From an uncultured Verrucomicrobiae bacterium (GTDB taxonomy: Bacteria > Verrucomicrobiota > Verrucomicrobiia > Chthoniobacterales > JAFAMB01), in NCBI GenBank assembly GCA_963782115.1, contig CAWAIK010000001.1, forward strand, positions 736,001-800,000: a stretch of DNA of 64,000 nucleotides. The letters run 5' to 3'. Shown here in pieces: positions 1 through 9,945 of the stretch; positions within the stretch are counted from its first letter, which is position 1, and each line of letters begins with the position of its first letter. Under the pieces are notes generated by a model, which did no database searches, was not told where the DNA came from, and saw nothing but the letters and a program-made list of their open reading frames with translations. Position numbers and translations under genes: made by a program.

Positions 1-251
1 TGACGGCTATTTAACCAATTTCCAAATATTTTAGTGGAATCAATTGCGCTTGCGTACCTGCGGTCACCATGGGAGAATTTAGACCGACAAGTTGACTTGG
101 CGTTACGCTATCCTATTTTCGGGATCACTTTTCCGGCAACAAGGAGTATTTATCCGAGGGGGATTGGCCTAACGAGGTTGGCCCGAAGGCGGCTCGTTCG
201 AATATTGGCGTTATCTCCGGATGAGCACTGTCGGCGACGGTTCGGTCAACA

Positions 252-530
252 CTACGAATTGTAGTCATACTGGGTGTGCATGTCATCGACGCCGATAACC
301 GGCAGCACCTTGTACAGCCGGTCCTTTTGGACTGCATGGGGAAGATCCTGGAAACGCACCATGACCTCCTGGGCGCTGCGCACAGGATGAGCTATTAGCT
401 GGGCTTCCCAGTAAGCGAAGTCCTTCTTATCAGGATGATCCCAGTTGGTTTTACCCCAAGCAACCCAGTCACCTTGCTTCAATTGCCGGAGATCTCCACG
501 GCTTAATTTTTTAAAGGTGTCGGTCGTCAA
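252..530 (-). CDS. Small hypothetical protein (SH3/KOW-like small beta-barrel candidate)
   Basis: 92 aa ORF; 'LRQLKQGDWV' pattern resembles ORFs at 7306 and 30922. Confidence 0.5.
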   Translation of the reverse strand: MTTDTFKKLSRGDLRQLKQGDWVAWGKTNWDHPDKKDFAYWEAQLIAHPVRSAQEVMVRFQDLPHAVQKDRLYKVLPVIGVDDMHTQYDYNS

Positions 531-589
531 TTAAGCGCCAACTCCCGTTATTACGATTTTCGTGAACTTGATTTCACCTTCAACAGTTT

Positions 590-1342
590 TCATTTTTTGA
601 CCCCGTGTGTGTACGTCAACTTTAGGTGAGGGGCGTTGTTGGGTATCTCTTCGACCGCAGGTGGGGGTGCGACTGGCAGAGGCGGCGGCACGACTGGCGC
701 AGCAGGGGGCGGGATTGGTGAGGCGGTTGGAGATGCCGGAGTTGCACCATTGGCCAAAAGCTCCAAGACAGACTTTATGAAGTTCACATTGACCGGGTTT
801 ATCCCAAAAAAAAGATGAGTGTTGTTACGAGCGTAATCGGTCTCTATGGTAAATTCGAAGTCATTAGTCCCATCTCCGTTACCCGCTTGAAAGGACATGA
901 TATGCGAAAGAGGGATGCGAGCGGATTTTTCTTGTGAGAGGAATGACAGCGCTTGATTGCTTAAAACCAAGCATCCGCCACCTTGTTCAACCATTGATGT
1001 ACGTTGGACACTGCGTCCCTTGTTGGCTCCGGTGCGAATCCAAAAGCCTTTAGCGATGCGAACTGAAGTTCCTGCGCTGCGGCCAGCCCATTCCGAGTGA
1101 ACGGCTGAACAGTAATGTGTTACCCCATTAAAGGCGTAAAGGAGGTTTTCCCCTTTTTTACAGAGGTAACTTACACCCGTTAGAGTGAAACCGCTGGGAG
1201 TAGTCCCGTTGCGGAGCTTATCCAGCGCTTCTTTTTGATATTCCGCATCGTTTGCGCTGGGGGCGGGATAAGCAAGTGCAAAGTCACGTGCAGGGTCTGG
1301 GGCGTTGTCGCCGAATCCGAATAATGATTTCAAGAAGCCCAT
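590..1342 (-). CDS. Hypothetical protein with PH-like domain and Pro-rich tail
   Basis: 250 aa ATG ORF, MGFLKSLFG start, 'SVRIAKGFWIRTG...GCLVLSNQALSF' pattern typical of prophage/island bPH-like proteins. Confidence 0.65.
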   Translation of the reverse strand: MGFLKSLFGFGDNAPDPARDFALAYPAPSANDAEYQKEALDKLRNGTTPSGFTLTGVSYLCKKGENLLYAFNGVTHYCSAVHSEWAGRSAGTSVRIAKGFWIRTGANKGRSVQRTSMVEQGGGCLVLSNQALSFLSQEKSARIPLSHIMSFQAGNGDGTNDFEFTIETDYARNNTHLFFGINPVNVNFIKSVLELLANGATPASPTASPIPPPAAPVVPPPLPVAPPPAVEEIPNNAPHLKLTYTHGVKK

Positions 1343-1737
1343 AACTAATACATGTCACTAGAAACCCACGGTTTCACCAGTTTTGTGCCTTTCTGACGCC
1401 GGTCTGGAAGACCTTATACAATAAAGGAGATAGCATCGTCGTACTTCCGGCCCCGCCCAAGAGCTTCACGAGGTTTCGCAGGTTTAAAATCGGCAAAATT
1501 GAGGAAAGCCTTAATTTTATCTCTCAGTTACCTCAAACATTTAACCAGTTTTCACTTTTTTGAACGCTGGTTTGATTGACAGCGCTGCTTTTCGGCTTCC
1601 AGTTTCTCCAACTTACGTTGGACCTCCTGATCGAAATCGGTGGGGGAGTGCAGCGCCTTGCAGTAGTCACAGAGCTGGCCGATCTCCTCATCGGTGAACT
1701 CGTCAATATTGTCTGCGGCAGGAAGTTAAGAGTCCCT

Positions 1738-1762
1738 GTTACACTATTATCAATAGTGTAAC
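1738..1762. repeat. Perfect 11-bp inverted repeat with 3-bp spacer
   Basis: GTTACACTATT-ATC-AATAGTGTAAC. Confidence 0.85.
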
Positions 1763-1819
1763 GTCCTGTGTTGATTTCCTGGGCTAAATAAGGCCCTAAT
1801 GCCGATGTTTTCCTCAAGA

Positions 1820-1849
1820 ATGTTACGAAACCGCCGATTATTGTAACAT
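1820..1849. promoter_or_regulatory. Putative tyrosine recombinase core site (11-8-11)
   Basis: ATGTTACGAAA-CCGCCGAT-TATTGTAACAT, arms 9/11 complementary, abutting the recombinase ATG at 1850. Confidence 0.55.
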
Positions 1850-2431
1850 ATGCAGATAGTTAATGAAAAGGGCGAACGTCTTTACTTCACGGAGGAGCAG
1901 CGCAGAGCGCTTCTGGCTGCTGCGGCTAAAGCGCCTCGGGAGGTCCGGTCCTTCTGCAGTGTCCTGTGCTATACAGGTTGCCGAATATCGGAAGCACTGG
2001 CGCTGACGGCTAAATGCATCGATTTGTCGGCCAAGGTGATTGTCATCGAGAGCCTGAAAAAGCGAAAGGCTGGCGTTCACCGGCAGGTGCCCGTCCCGTC
2101 AGAGCTGCTCGACACCATGGACATGGTTCACGGCATCCGTGAGATTCAGAGAAAAGGTCGAGCCCGACTCAATCGGCGTCTGTGGACCTGGAGCCGTATG
2201 ACGGCGTGGCGAAAGATGGCTGCGCTCATCAAAGCAGCTGGCATCCCCGACGGACCGCATGCGTCGCCGAAAGGCTTGCGGCACGGGTTTGGCGTCACGG
2301 CTGTTAGCAAGGGCATCGCACTCAACATGGTTCAGAAATGGCTTGGCCACTCACAACTAACCACTACGGCCATTTATGCAAACGCCGTCGGGGAGGAGGA
2401 GCAGAGCATCGCATCGAGGATGTGGACCTAA
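1850..2431 (+). CDS. Small tyrosine recombinase (catalytic domain only)
   Basis: YTGCRISE (catalytic R), KGLRHGF (HxxR variant), LGHSQLTTTAIY (H, Y). Confidence 0.92.
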   Translation: MQIVNEKGERLYFTEEQRRALLAAAAKAPREVRSFCSVLCYTGCRISEALALTAKCIDLSAKVIVIESLKKRKAGVHRQVPVPSELLDTMDMVHGIREIQRKGRARLNRRLWTWSRMTAWRKMAALIKAAGIPDGPHASPKGLRHGFGVTAVSKGIALNMVQKWLGHSQLTTTAIYANAVGEEEQSIASRMWT

Positions 2432-2869
2432 ACCGGAACTAACCTAATCACGCCAGGAAGACATCTGGATACTCGGAAGCTTGGAAAGCCCTAGATCGGG
2501 CGCAGGATCTGATTCAGGATTGAGCCCCATGTGCGGACGGTACAGACGAACCATGGTGGAGGAAGGCCTAGACCTTGAAACGTTCCAATACCTGGCGGAC
2601 TTCTGAGACCTCTGTACTTTATCTCAGCAACAAAAGTCTTTCGTCATTCGGCGGGAAAGGTAAACATCCTCTTTAGACCCTTTAATTCAATGCGGTGCAT
2701 GGCCGATATTTTTGGCTTCTCTAAATGCTTTCGAGCTGCAAGGCGATTCGGCCCTAAGCGGAACGAAGACGTGTATCTTTGTCGGAAATGGGCAAAATGA
2801 ATTCCGATCCAGCGTTCCGGTCCAGCTACTCAACACATCGATAACACCTGACTCTGAGAGGAAAAGATT

Positions 2870-3736
2870 ATGGAGGCCGAACAAGAGAGCTTTCCGGAGA
2901 GCGTCGACACCGCAAAATACGAAACCATCGAGATCGGGAATTTGCTCGATCTAATCAAGAGATTTACCGTTTCCGTGCGCCCAGACCCGTCAATCGTGTG
3001 GAGGGGACAAAGTTGCTCGGAATGGGGCCTTACACCGTCCCTCTTTCGCTCGGAGCCGAAGCGGAAAGGTTGGACGTGGCAAAGCAAAGAGGATGAGCTT
3101 CTCCGCTATTTTACAAAATCGAATGTTGGCTGGCTCAAGGAGCACTATGCCGAGTCGTTCATTGATCGTCTGGCGCTCGCCCAGCATCACAGGTTACCCA
3201 CCCGTATTTTAGACTGGACCGAGACTCCACTCATAGCCTCGTTTTTTGCATGTTTGGATGTAGCGGAGAATGCCGAAGGCCTCAGCGATGGTGCCGTTTG
3301 GCGTCTGTAAACAAATGCTGTGCGCTTTGCAGTTACCGAGGAAAGATATGAACGAAGAGAACTTCCAGATGGAACCCATACTCCGACGATTCCGGAAAAC
3401 ACGCCAAATGGCTTAAACAGAGATTTCGACACTTTTGTCTTTTACCCGCATAGGGTGCACCCCAGGCAAATAAATCAATATGCTGCGTACACTGTACACC
3501 CGAACCCCAATCTGAAAAATTCCAGTGACTTTTCCCAAATTCTGAGGCCGGAGGAAAGTCTGGTTAGATACGTATTCCCCAAGGAAATAAAACAGAACGC
3601 CTTTGCGAAGCTGTGGTCTCTCGGAATTCGCTACGAGAGCCTATTCCCCGATCCGGAGGGCGCAGCGAGGGGTGCGAAATACGTGATCGACACTGAAGAC
3701 GATTCGATTTCGACGGTCAGATTGATTGGCAGCTAG
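2870..3736 (+). pseudogene. FRG-domain protein with one internal stop (TAA 3308-3310)
   Basis: WRGQ, LTPSLFR, LAQHHRLPTRILDWT motifs; downstream ORF in same frame with HPRQINQ and GIRYESLFPD motifs. Confidence 0.85.
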
Positions 3737-4473
3737 TCCCTCGAATTTGGATCAAGCGGATGCTCGGTGTGGTGGCGAATTGCGGGAACGAATTTTGGCG
3801 TAATTTTTGACGCCTTATCAGGGGCCGGAAGCCGTCGAAGTAGGTGATCACATGTCCTGGCGTCAAGCCAATTTCCGGATTTAACCAGGTCCAAAGTTCC
3901 CATTTGCCTTCATCCAGACCTGCCGGTGTTCGCTCCGACGCTTGAATGTGCATAGCATTCGGTGGACCGTGGCACCGGCACCCTCTTTGCGTCCTGGAGA
4001 CGTCTGAATCGATGGCAAGGGGAAATCTAACCTTCAGTTTTTCCGAGCGCTACAGCGGGCGCTGAATGCGTTCAAGGGCTCCGGAGTGAAGAGTACCGGC
4101 CCCGAGTCTACCGATTTGACCGCATCCCTGATCTGTTGCTCCGCTACCTCGGTAAAACGGCCCCGCTGGGCAGTAGCCCCGAAGGATAACGAACAGATCA
4201 AGATGCATTTGCCGCTCTGATGGCACTGACTCAGCAGGGGATAAGATAGTTTGGGATATCTCGGGGAGAAGAAGACTAAGCAAAGGAATAGCCTTCCGAG
4301 ATTGGTTACAGGGAGTCCAATCTCAGCATGGAAATAACCGACCTCTCCCATATTTGTTTTCTCTCACCGTGGTTGGTTATAGGTATGACCATATGGAGTT
4401 TAAATGAGCAGGTGGGAGCCTCACACGGTTTTAAATTTGGGAAACCACTCGGTTGGGGTCATTACGACGGTTA

Positions 4474-6072
4474 GTGAATCATCTGTACTACGGAGACAAC
4501 CTTCAAATCCTTAGACAGGAGATCAAGGATGAGTCCGTTGACCTTGTGTACCTCGACCCACCTTTCAATTCACAGGGCAGTTACAACATTCTCTTCAAGA
4601 GCCCGACTGGAAAAGGATCTGAGGCACAAATTCAAGCATTTGAGGACTCCTGGCACTGGAACGACAGTGCTGAAGAGGCGTTTGATTCGGTGATGAAGAG
4701 CCGCAATGGCAACATTGCAGAGATGCTTCGAGCGTTGCGCAGTTTTCTAAAGGAGAATGACGTGATGGCCTATCTAACGATGATGGCTGCTCGTCTGTTG
4801 GAGCTTCACCGTGTGCTAAAGGCAACTGGAAGCCTCTACCTTCACTGTGACCCGACTGCGAGCCATTACCTAAAGCTCATTCTCGATGCCATCTTCGGTC
4901 CTGAGAATTTTCTAAATGAAATCATCTGGAAGAGAACGAGTGCACATAGCAGTGCTAAAAAATTTGGGCCAGTTCACGACATAATTTTTCTTTATGGGCG
5001 AGGCGAAAAGAGGACTTGGAACGAAAGCTTCCAAGCGTATGGCGAGAGGTACATTGCGAAACGCTTTAAGCGTGGCGGCAAAAGACCATGGAAAGATGCT
5101 GATTTGACTGGATGTGGAACGTCAAATGGGGAAACGGGACAAGTGTGGCGTGGTTTTGACGTGACAAAAAAAGGAAGACACTGGGCATTTCAGCCCGCCG
5201 AACTGGATAGACTCGATACCCAAGGATTGATTTATTGGCCTTTGAAAGTGGGGGGATGGCCACGCTTTATAAAGTACCTTGATGAATCAGGGGGCGTACC
5301 TCTTCAAGACGTATGGACTGATATATTCCCGATCAATTCCCAAGCTCATGAGCGGCTAGGTTATCCAACACAAAAGCCTCTGGTTTTGCTTGAGCGAATT
5401 ATCAGCGCAAGCAGCAATCCCGAGGATGTCGTGCTCGACCCATTCTGTGGCTGTGGTACTACAATTCATGCAGCTGAGAAGCTTGGACGTCCGTGGATCG
5501 GAATAGATATCACACACCTCGCAATTTCTCTGATCGAGAAACGTCTTCATGAAGCCTTCCCCGGCAGTCAATTTGAAATCGAGGGTACTCCGAAGGACAT
5601 GGGTGGTGCACGGGCTCTTTTTGCCGCCGATGCATATCAATTCCAGTGGTGGGCGGGTTCGCTTGTCGATGCCGTTCCCTTTGGTGGAAAAAAGAAGGGT
5701 GCCGACGGCGGTATTGATGGGCTCATCTATTTCAAGCCTGACGGCAAAGTTACCGAAAAGGCCATTGTATCAGTCAAAGGCGGCGAGAACGTTGGTGTGC
5801 CCATGATTCGAGATTTAGTGGGCGTCGTCCAAAGGGAAAAGGCTAAGATCGGAATCTTCATTACTTTGGCGGAACCGACGAAGCCGATGATTGTCGAGGC
5901 GGTCAAATCCGGATATTACGAGACGGAATACGGCAAGTTCCCGAAACTCCAAATTCTAACGATCCAGGAACTATTTGACGGTGCTCAACCAAAACTCCCT
6001 TGGATTGATCCGACCGCTTTTGAAAGAATCGCCAGAGAAGCCGTAGATGTCCAAACTCAGCTTGGGCTGTAA
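4474..6072 (+). CDS. N6/N4 DNA methyltransferase (beta order) with C-terminal Mrr-like domain
   Basis: LYYGDNL, DPPF, YPTQKP, DPFCGCGTT; C-terminal GADGGIDG...VSVKGG; probable GTG start at 4474. Confidence 0.9.
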   Translation: MNHLYYGDNLQILRQEIKDESVDLVYLDPPFNSQGSYNILFKSPTGKGSEAQIQAFEDSWHWNDSAEEAFDSVMKSRNGNIAEMLRALRSFLKENDVMAYLTMMAARLLELHRVLKATGSLYLHCDPTASHYLKLILDAIFGPENFLNEIIWKRTSAHSSAKKFGPVHDIIFLYGRGEKRTWNESFQAYGERYIAKRFKRGGKRPWKDADLTGCGTSNGETGQVWRGFDVTKKGRHWAFQPAELDRLDTQGLIYWPLKVGGWPRFIKYLDESGGVPLQDVWTDIFPINSQAHERLGYPTQKPLVLLERIISASSNPEDVVLDPFCGCGTTIHAAEKLGRPWIGIDITHLAISLIEKRLHEAFPGSQFEIEGTPKDMGGARALFAADAYQFQWWAGSLVDAVPFGGKKKGADGGIDGLIYFKPDGKVTEKAIVSVKGGENVGVPMIRDLVGVVQREKAKIGIFITLAEPTKPMIVEAVKSGYYETEYGKFPKLQILTIQELFDGAQPKLPWIDPTAFERIAREAVDVQTQLGL

Positions 6073-6261
6073 CGATACCAGTATTTTTTTTTAACGGTCA
6101 CGGCGTCGGTTGCCATTCGTAACGGGACGGATACGCATGCCTGGATAAATCAGCACCCTTGTATGCACATTTAGAAACACCATTCCATTGTGACTGCCCT
6201 TCGATGCAGCGATGAGCTGCGCAAGCAGGGTTTTGGGCGTACATTGTCCAAAAAGGTCGGA

Positions 6262-6532
6262 ATGAAAACTATCCCTGTCATCGTGGCGACAGCATACCTC
6301 GGGCTTGCATCGTGCGTTGTTGATCCAGGTGCAGGGGCCAGACTACTACAAAACCGTGTCCTGGATCACGTCAGAAGCTGTACCTGTAATTTCGTCTGAA
6401 ACGCAAGTCATCGGACAGGATGGCGACAGACTCGGAACGCTACACACCGAGATCCATCAACCCAACCGTTGGACATTCGCCCAGAGGGCTGTTCCTCGAA
6501 CCGAGAACTACGTGGAATTTCTTGCCAAATGA
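6262..6532 (+). pseudogene. Probable frameshifted small lipoprotein
   Basis: MKTIPVIVATAYLGLASC lipobox; removing one G from the G4 run near 6335 joins it to the QGPDYYK...VEFLAK frame. Confidence 0.45.
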
Positions 6533-6890
6533 CGGAGCCTTTACCCAATGATCGGTGACCAAATGGATCTTTTATGAACATTCATTGGGTCAGTCTATTC
6601 AGCGGCGTGGCATGTAAAGGCCTAGGCCTCTTCTCATCAATTTACTGAGGTCAAGGTCATCCTCCTTGGCGATCAGTTTTGATCACCGGCAACATCCCAC
6701 GGGGCACAGAAAACGAGATTCGGTCTATATTCGGACGAGCGTTGTTTTTCATACCTGTTCAGAACAGGTATTGATGAGAAGTCAAGCGACCGGCTTCGTC
6801 TTACAATCCGAGCTGTGGCTGAACCGTTGGACATTCGCTAAGAGGGCTGTTCCGAGAACTGAAAACTACGTGGAATTTCTTGCCAAATGA
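6464..6890 (+). repeat. 69-bp direct repeat (6464-6532 and 6822-6890)
   Basis: 63/69 identical; both encode NRWTFA(Q/K)RAVPRTENYVEFLAK*. Confidence 0.9.
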
Positions 6891-6943
6891 TCGCTTTGGG
6901 ATGTCTCTAGCTAGGTGGCGTCGACCCATGAGAGCGCCTCTTT

Positions 6944-7249
6944 ATGACGATAATAGAAAAGATTCTAGGATTGATAGCAGGCATCGCCTTCATTGTGGCC
7001 GTCCTCGCCGTTCAAGACGCAGGCATGGCGAGGAAAAGTCGAGATACGTATAAAGAACGGTACGAAAGCGTTAAGGATTTATTGTGGTATGTGCCAGACG
7101 AACAGTGGGGCACCTATGTAAAGGAAAGGCTCAAGAAGTACTGTAACAAGCCCTATGACACGAATGGTGCGGATGACCCGCTTTTTGCTCGTCCAGATGT
7201 GGCTTTGCCTCCAGGTCCCTGGCGATCCGCAAGCCCACCTTCGCACTAA
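6944..7249 (+). CDS. Hypothetical membrane-anchored protein
   Basis: 101 aa, N-terminal hydrophobic helix. Confidence 0.6.
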   Translation: MTIIEKILGLIAGIAFIVAVLAVQDAGMARKSRDTYKERYESVKDLLWYVPDEQWGTYVKERLKKYCNKPYDTNGADDPLFARPDVALPPGPWRSASPPSH

Positions 7250-7305
7250 GGTGTCATAGGTTTCTATACTTTATCACGTACATTCTTGCCGGGCCGAGGA
7301 AACGG

Positions 7306-7548
7306 TCAGGCGATGCGTTTCATTAGTCTCCAGAGTTTATCATCGGTGCGTTCCCAGCCGCCCTGTCTATCCCAAGTACGAAAAGTTTGGATTCTCTGTC
7401 TTCCAGCCAGACTCCAGCAAACCAAAATCTTCCCATCTTGAGTTGGCTCAAGAACTAATCCCTTGCTGTACGTACGGCTGTACTTGCCATTTATTTTGTT
7501 TCCCACCACAGCACCCGCTGGCAGTTTTTCTACCTGATTCCTGGTCAT
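7306..7548 (-). CDS. Small hypothetical protein
   Basis: MTRNQVEKLPAGAVV, similar N-terminus to 30922-31146. Confidence 0.55.
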   Translation of the reverse strand: MTRNQVEKLPAGAVVGNKINGKYSRTYSKGLVLEPTQDGKILVCWSLAGRQRIQTFRTWDRQGGWERTDDKLWRLMKRIA

Positions 7549-7680
7549 ACGGTTTGTTTCAATCTTTCAATTTTTGCCTGAAGTTTCGCCAGCTCGGCCT
7601 GCGCTTTCGCCAATTCCTTGGGCGGACCTGAAAAGTTGCCCGAAGTGTGGTATACTGCCCTTCCGACAAGCGGCAACGAT

Positions 7681-7923
7681 ATGAAACCCTTAACGGCACT
7701 AGCACTAGCGGCCACGTTTGTAACGGCGCTGTTGCTCGTTCGCTGCGAGTCGCCATCCCCGTACCCCCCTGGAGCACACGTAATGCCAGATGGGGGATAC
7801 ACAATGCCAGCCGGTTACCCCATCCCCTATAACAATTTGAAGGTAGCATCCGTCACTGCCACTCCAGCCTATTTCCCTAAAGAGATAGAGGTTTTATCTG
7901 ACCCACCCTGGGGCCAGGATTGA
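7681..7923 (+). CDS. Small secreted/lipoprotein candidate
   Basis: MKPLTALALAATFVTALLLVRC signal-like N-terminus. Confidence 0.5.
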   Translation: MKPLTALALAATFVTALLLVRCESPSPYPPGAHVMPDGGYTMPAGYPIPYNNLKVASVTATPAYFPKEIEVLSDPPWGQD

Positions 7924-8247
7924 GGTCAATGACGATTATGTGGGAGACGCTCCTCTCAACGTCAAGGTCACAGAGGTTAACGGAACTTTCAGCACGGCAA
8001 CCGAAATTCAGGCTTTGCCGACAGTAGCCGGTGACGAGACGCAGTTCAAATATTTTGAATCCGGCCACGTCGTGCCGTCTCGGATTCTTTTCAGATGAAC
8101 TTGGTTAAGCCCACACAATCGATAGACCTCAACGTCCACCAATCTGATTGAAAGTGTGATTCAATTGAAGCAGGCTATTTACCACCTAATCGCTGGGGCT
8201 GTAGGCGGAATGCTGCTGTTTTACGTCCCGATTGTCTTCGTTTTCTA

Positions 8248-8631
8248 TTGGACGGGTCACCCGTCGTGGTGACGGGTATGTGGAACTGGAAATTTTTCCT
8301 GATATTTGCTGCCCTGCGGCTAAACGGGGATACCCTCAATAGACTCTTTTATATTTTATCGAACCGACCCGAGAATGCTCCAGAATGGGTGAAAACTCGA
8401 TTGGGGTCACGGTTTTTGTCTGGGTTGGTTTTCCTTTGTATCGGAGCCCAGATTGCTATGGTAATCTGCCAGTTCTTCTGGTTCCCTTGGTACAATGTTA
8501 TCATCACTGACGTGACGGCATTCGTCGCCGCCTTCATACTTTATACCGTGTTTCTTTACCAACTCGGCGGCTGGGTCTGGTTGCTCTCTTACCTGTTTCT
8601 GGGCGCAGCATTTCTCGTTGCTCTGGTTTGA
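8248..8631 (+). CDS. Hypothetical multi-pass membrane protein (start uncertain)
   Basis: Several hydrophobic segments. Confidence 0.5.
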   Translation: MDGSPVVVTGMWNWKFFLIFAALRLNGDTLNRLFYILSNRPENAPEWVKTRLGSRFLSGLVFLCIGAQIAMVICQFFWFPWYNVIITDVTAFVAAFILYTVFLYQLGGWVWLLSYLFLGAAFLVALV

Positions 8632-8749
8632 GGCGTTAGCCTGTTGCCATTTTCGCAGAGTGTTTCACCACCATTTCCTCCGGCGCTGCGTAAACAACGC
8701 CTGTGGATGTCCAGCCTATTCCGTATTGCTTGGGAGAACGAAAGTGCTC

Positions 8750-9079
8750 ATGATGCCGGTCATGACCAACGAAGAGATTGGTAGAAAGCTGGAGGACGTC
8801 GATAAGAGCTTAGACAACCAGCAGACAGAACTGGTCAGCCACTCTGACCAAATCCGAGCATTGAAGGGGAAGCACGGAAAGGAGATTGAGTCACTCCAAG
8901 GCGATATAAAGAACCTCGCAGAACTTGTCGGGTGCGTAATCCATCGTGTGAGAAATCAATCACTGATTCTCGGAATTGATAACTTACATTGGGACATGGC
9001 TCTAGCTAGCCCTGGCCAAAAAGCATGGAGTCTCACTTTCTGGAGCGAAGTCATGACTCTTTCTCCCAGGACGTACTAG
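8750..9079 (+). CDS. Hypothetical coiled-coil protein; its TAG stop is the IS5 target
   Basis: ATG at 8750 after GGAG; TA of the stop codon duplicated by the IS, stop preserved. Confidence 0.55.
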   Translation: MMPVMTNEEIGRKLEDVDKSLDNQQTELVSHSDQIRALKGKHGKEIESLQGDIKNLAELVGCVIHRVRNQSLILGIDNLHWDMALASPGQKAWSLTFWSEVMTLSPRTY

Positions 9080-9943
9080 GGCGTGTTTGTAAATCATCTA
9101 TGTGAGGCGAAGTGTGAGCAGGATGCCAAGGCAGACGAAGCCCAGGAAAGTTTCGGCGAGTTTGTCATAGCGAGTGGCGACTCGCCGGTAGCGCTTGATT
9201 CTTTGGAAGAAGTTTTCTACTCGATGACGACGCCGGTAGAGCTTTGCGGAGAATGGTACAGTCGTAGTGCGGTTAGCGCGACCAGGAATGCAGGTTTTAA
9301 ACCCCTTAGCGGTCGCTGTCTCTCTGAGGGCGGAGCTATCATAGGCTTTGTCGCCAATAAGGGTAGAATCCTTTGGCAGGCACTCCGTGAGCTCTTCTGC
9401 CAAAGAGATGTCGGCTTCGTTCCCACTGGACAAGGCAATGACGATAGCTTGCGAGCGGGCATTGACGACAGCATGAATCTTGGTGTTTAGCCCTCCCTTG
9501 GTGCGTCCCATGGCTTGTGGAGCTTGTCCGCCGGCCGGATTGGACCCGTCAGCATGAACCTTGACGTGAGTACTGTCTACAAAGTACCACCCCGGAGCCA
9601 GCTCCGGTCCGAATTGAGTCAGCACTTTTTGTAGCGTGCCGCGGCGACACCAGCGGCGGAAATACTGGTACACAGAGTTCCAGCGGGCCTGCGGCCGATC
9701 GATAGCTCTCCAGCTACATCCTTCTGTTAGCACAAAGAGAACACTTTCAAGCACAACGTACATTGACAAAGCAGGCCGACCAGCTTTACTATCTTTATTG
9801 CCGCTCCAGGGAGTCGATTTCTATGGAAATTATAGCTTCCACTATCTTCGGCAGGAGCGCCTTCACTTTTGGTCGTATTCGCATCTTCCCTTTTACCTCC
9901 AGGTAGGCGCGTTGTCCATTAAACAGGATTTACAAACACGCCC
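9079..9943 (-). mobile_element. IS5-family element, copy 1 (865 bp)
   Basis: Perfect 17-bp IRs GGGCGTGTTTGTAAATC, TA target duplication. Confidence 0.95.
9098..9769 (-). CDS. IS5-family transposase
   Basis: VDST, GRTKGGLNTKIH, GDKAYD, YRRRHRVENFF, RRVATRYDK motifs. Confidence 0.93.
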   Translation of the reverse strand: MSMYVVLESVLFVLTEGCSWRAIDRPQARWNSVYQYFRRWCRRGTLQKVLTQFGPELAPGWYFVDSTHVKVHADGSNPAGGQAPQAMGRTKGGLNTKIHAVVNARSQAIVIALSSGNEADISLAEELTECLPKDSTLIGDKAYDSSALRETATAKGFKTCIPGRANRTTTVPFSAKLYRRRHRVENFFQRIKRYRRVATRYDKLAETFLGFVCLGILLTLRLT

Positions 9944-9945
9944 TA

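Noticed and set aside
9083..9490. 135-aa plus-strand ORF repeated three times
   Set aside because: Antisense shadow of the IS5 transposase.
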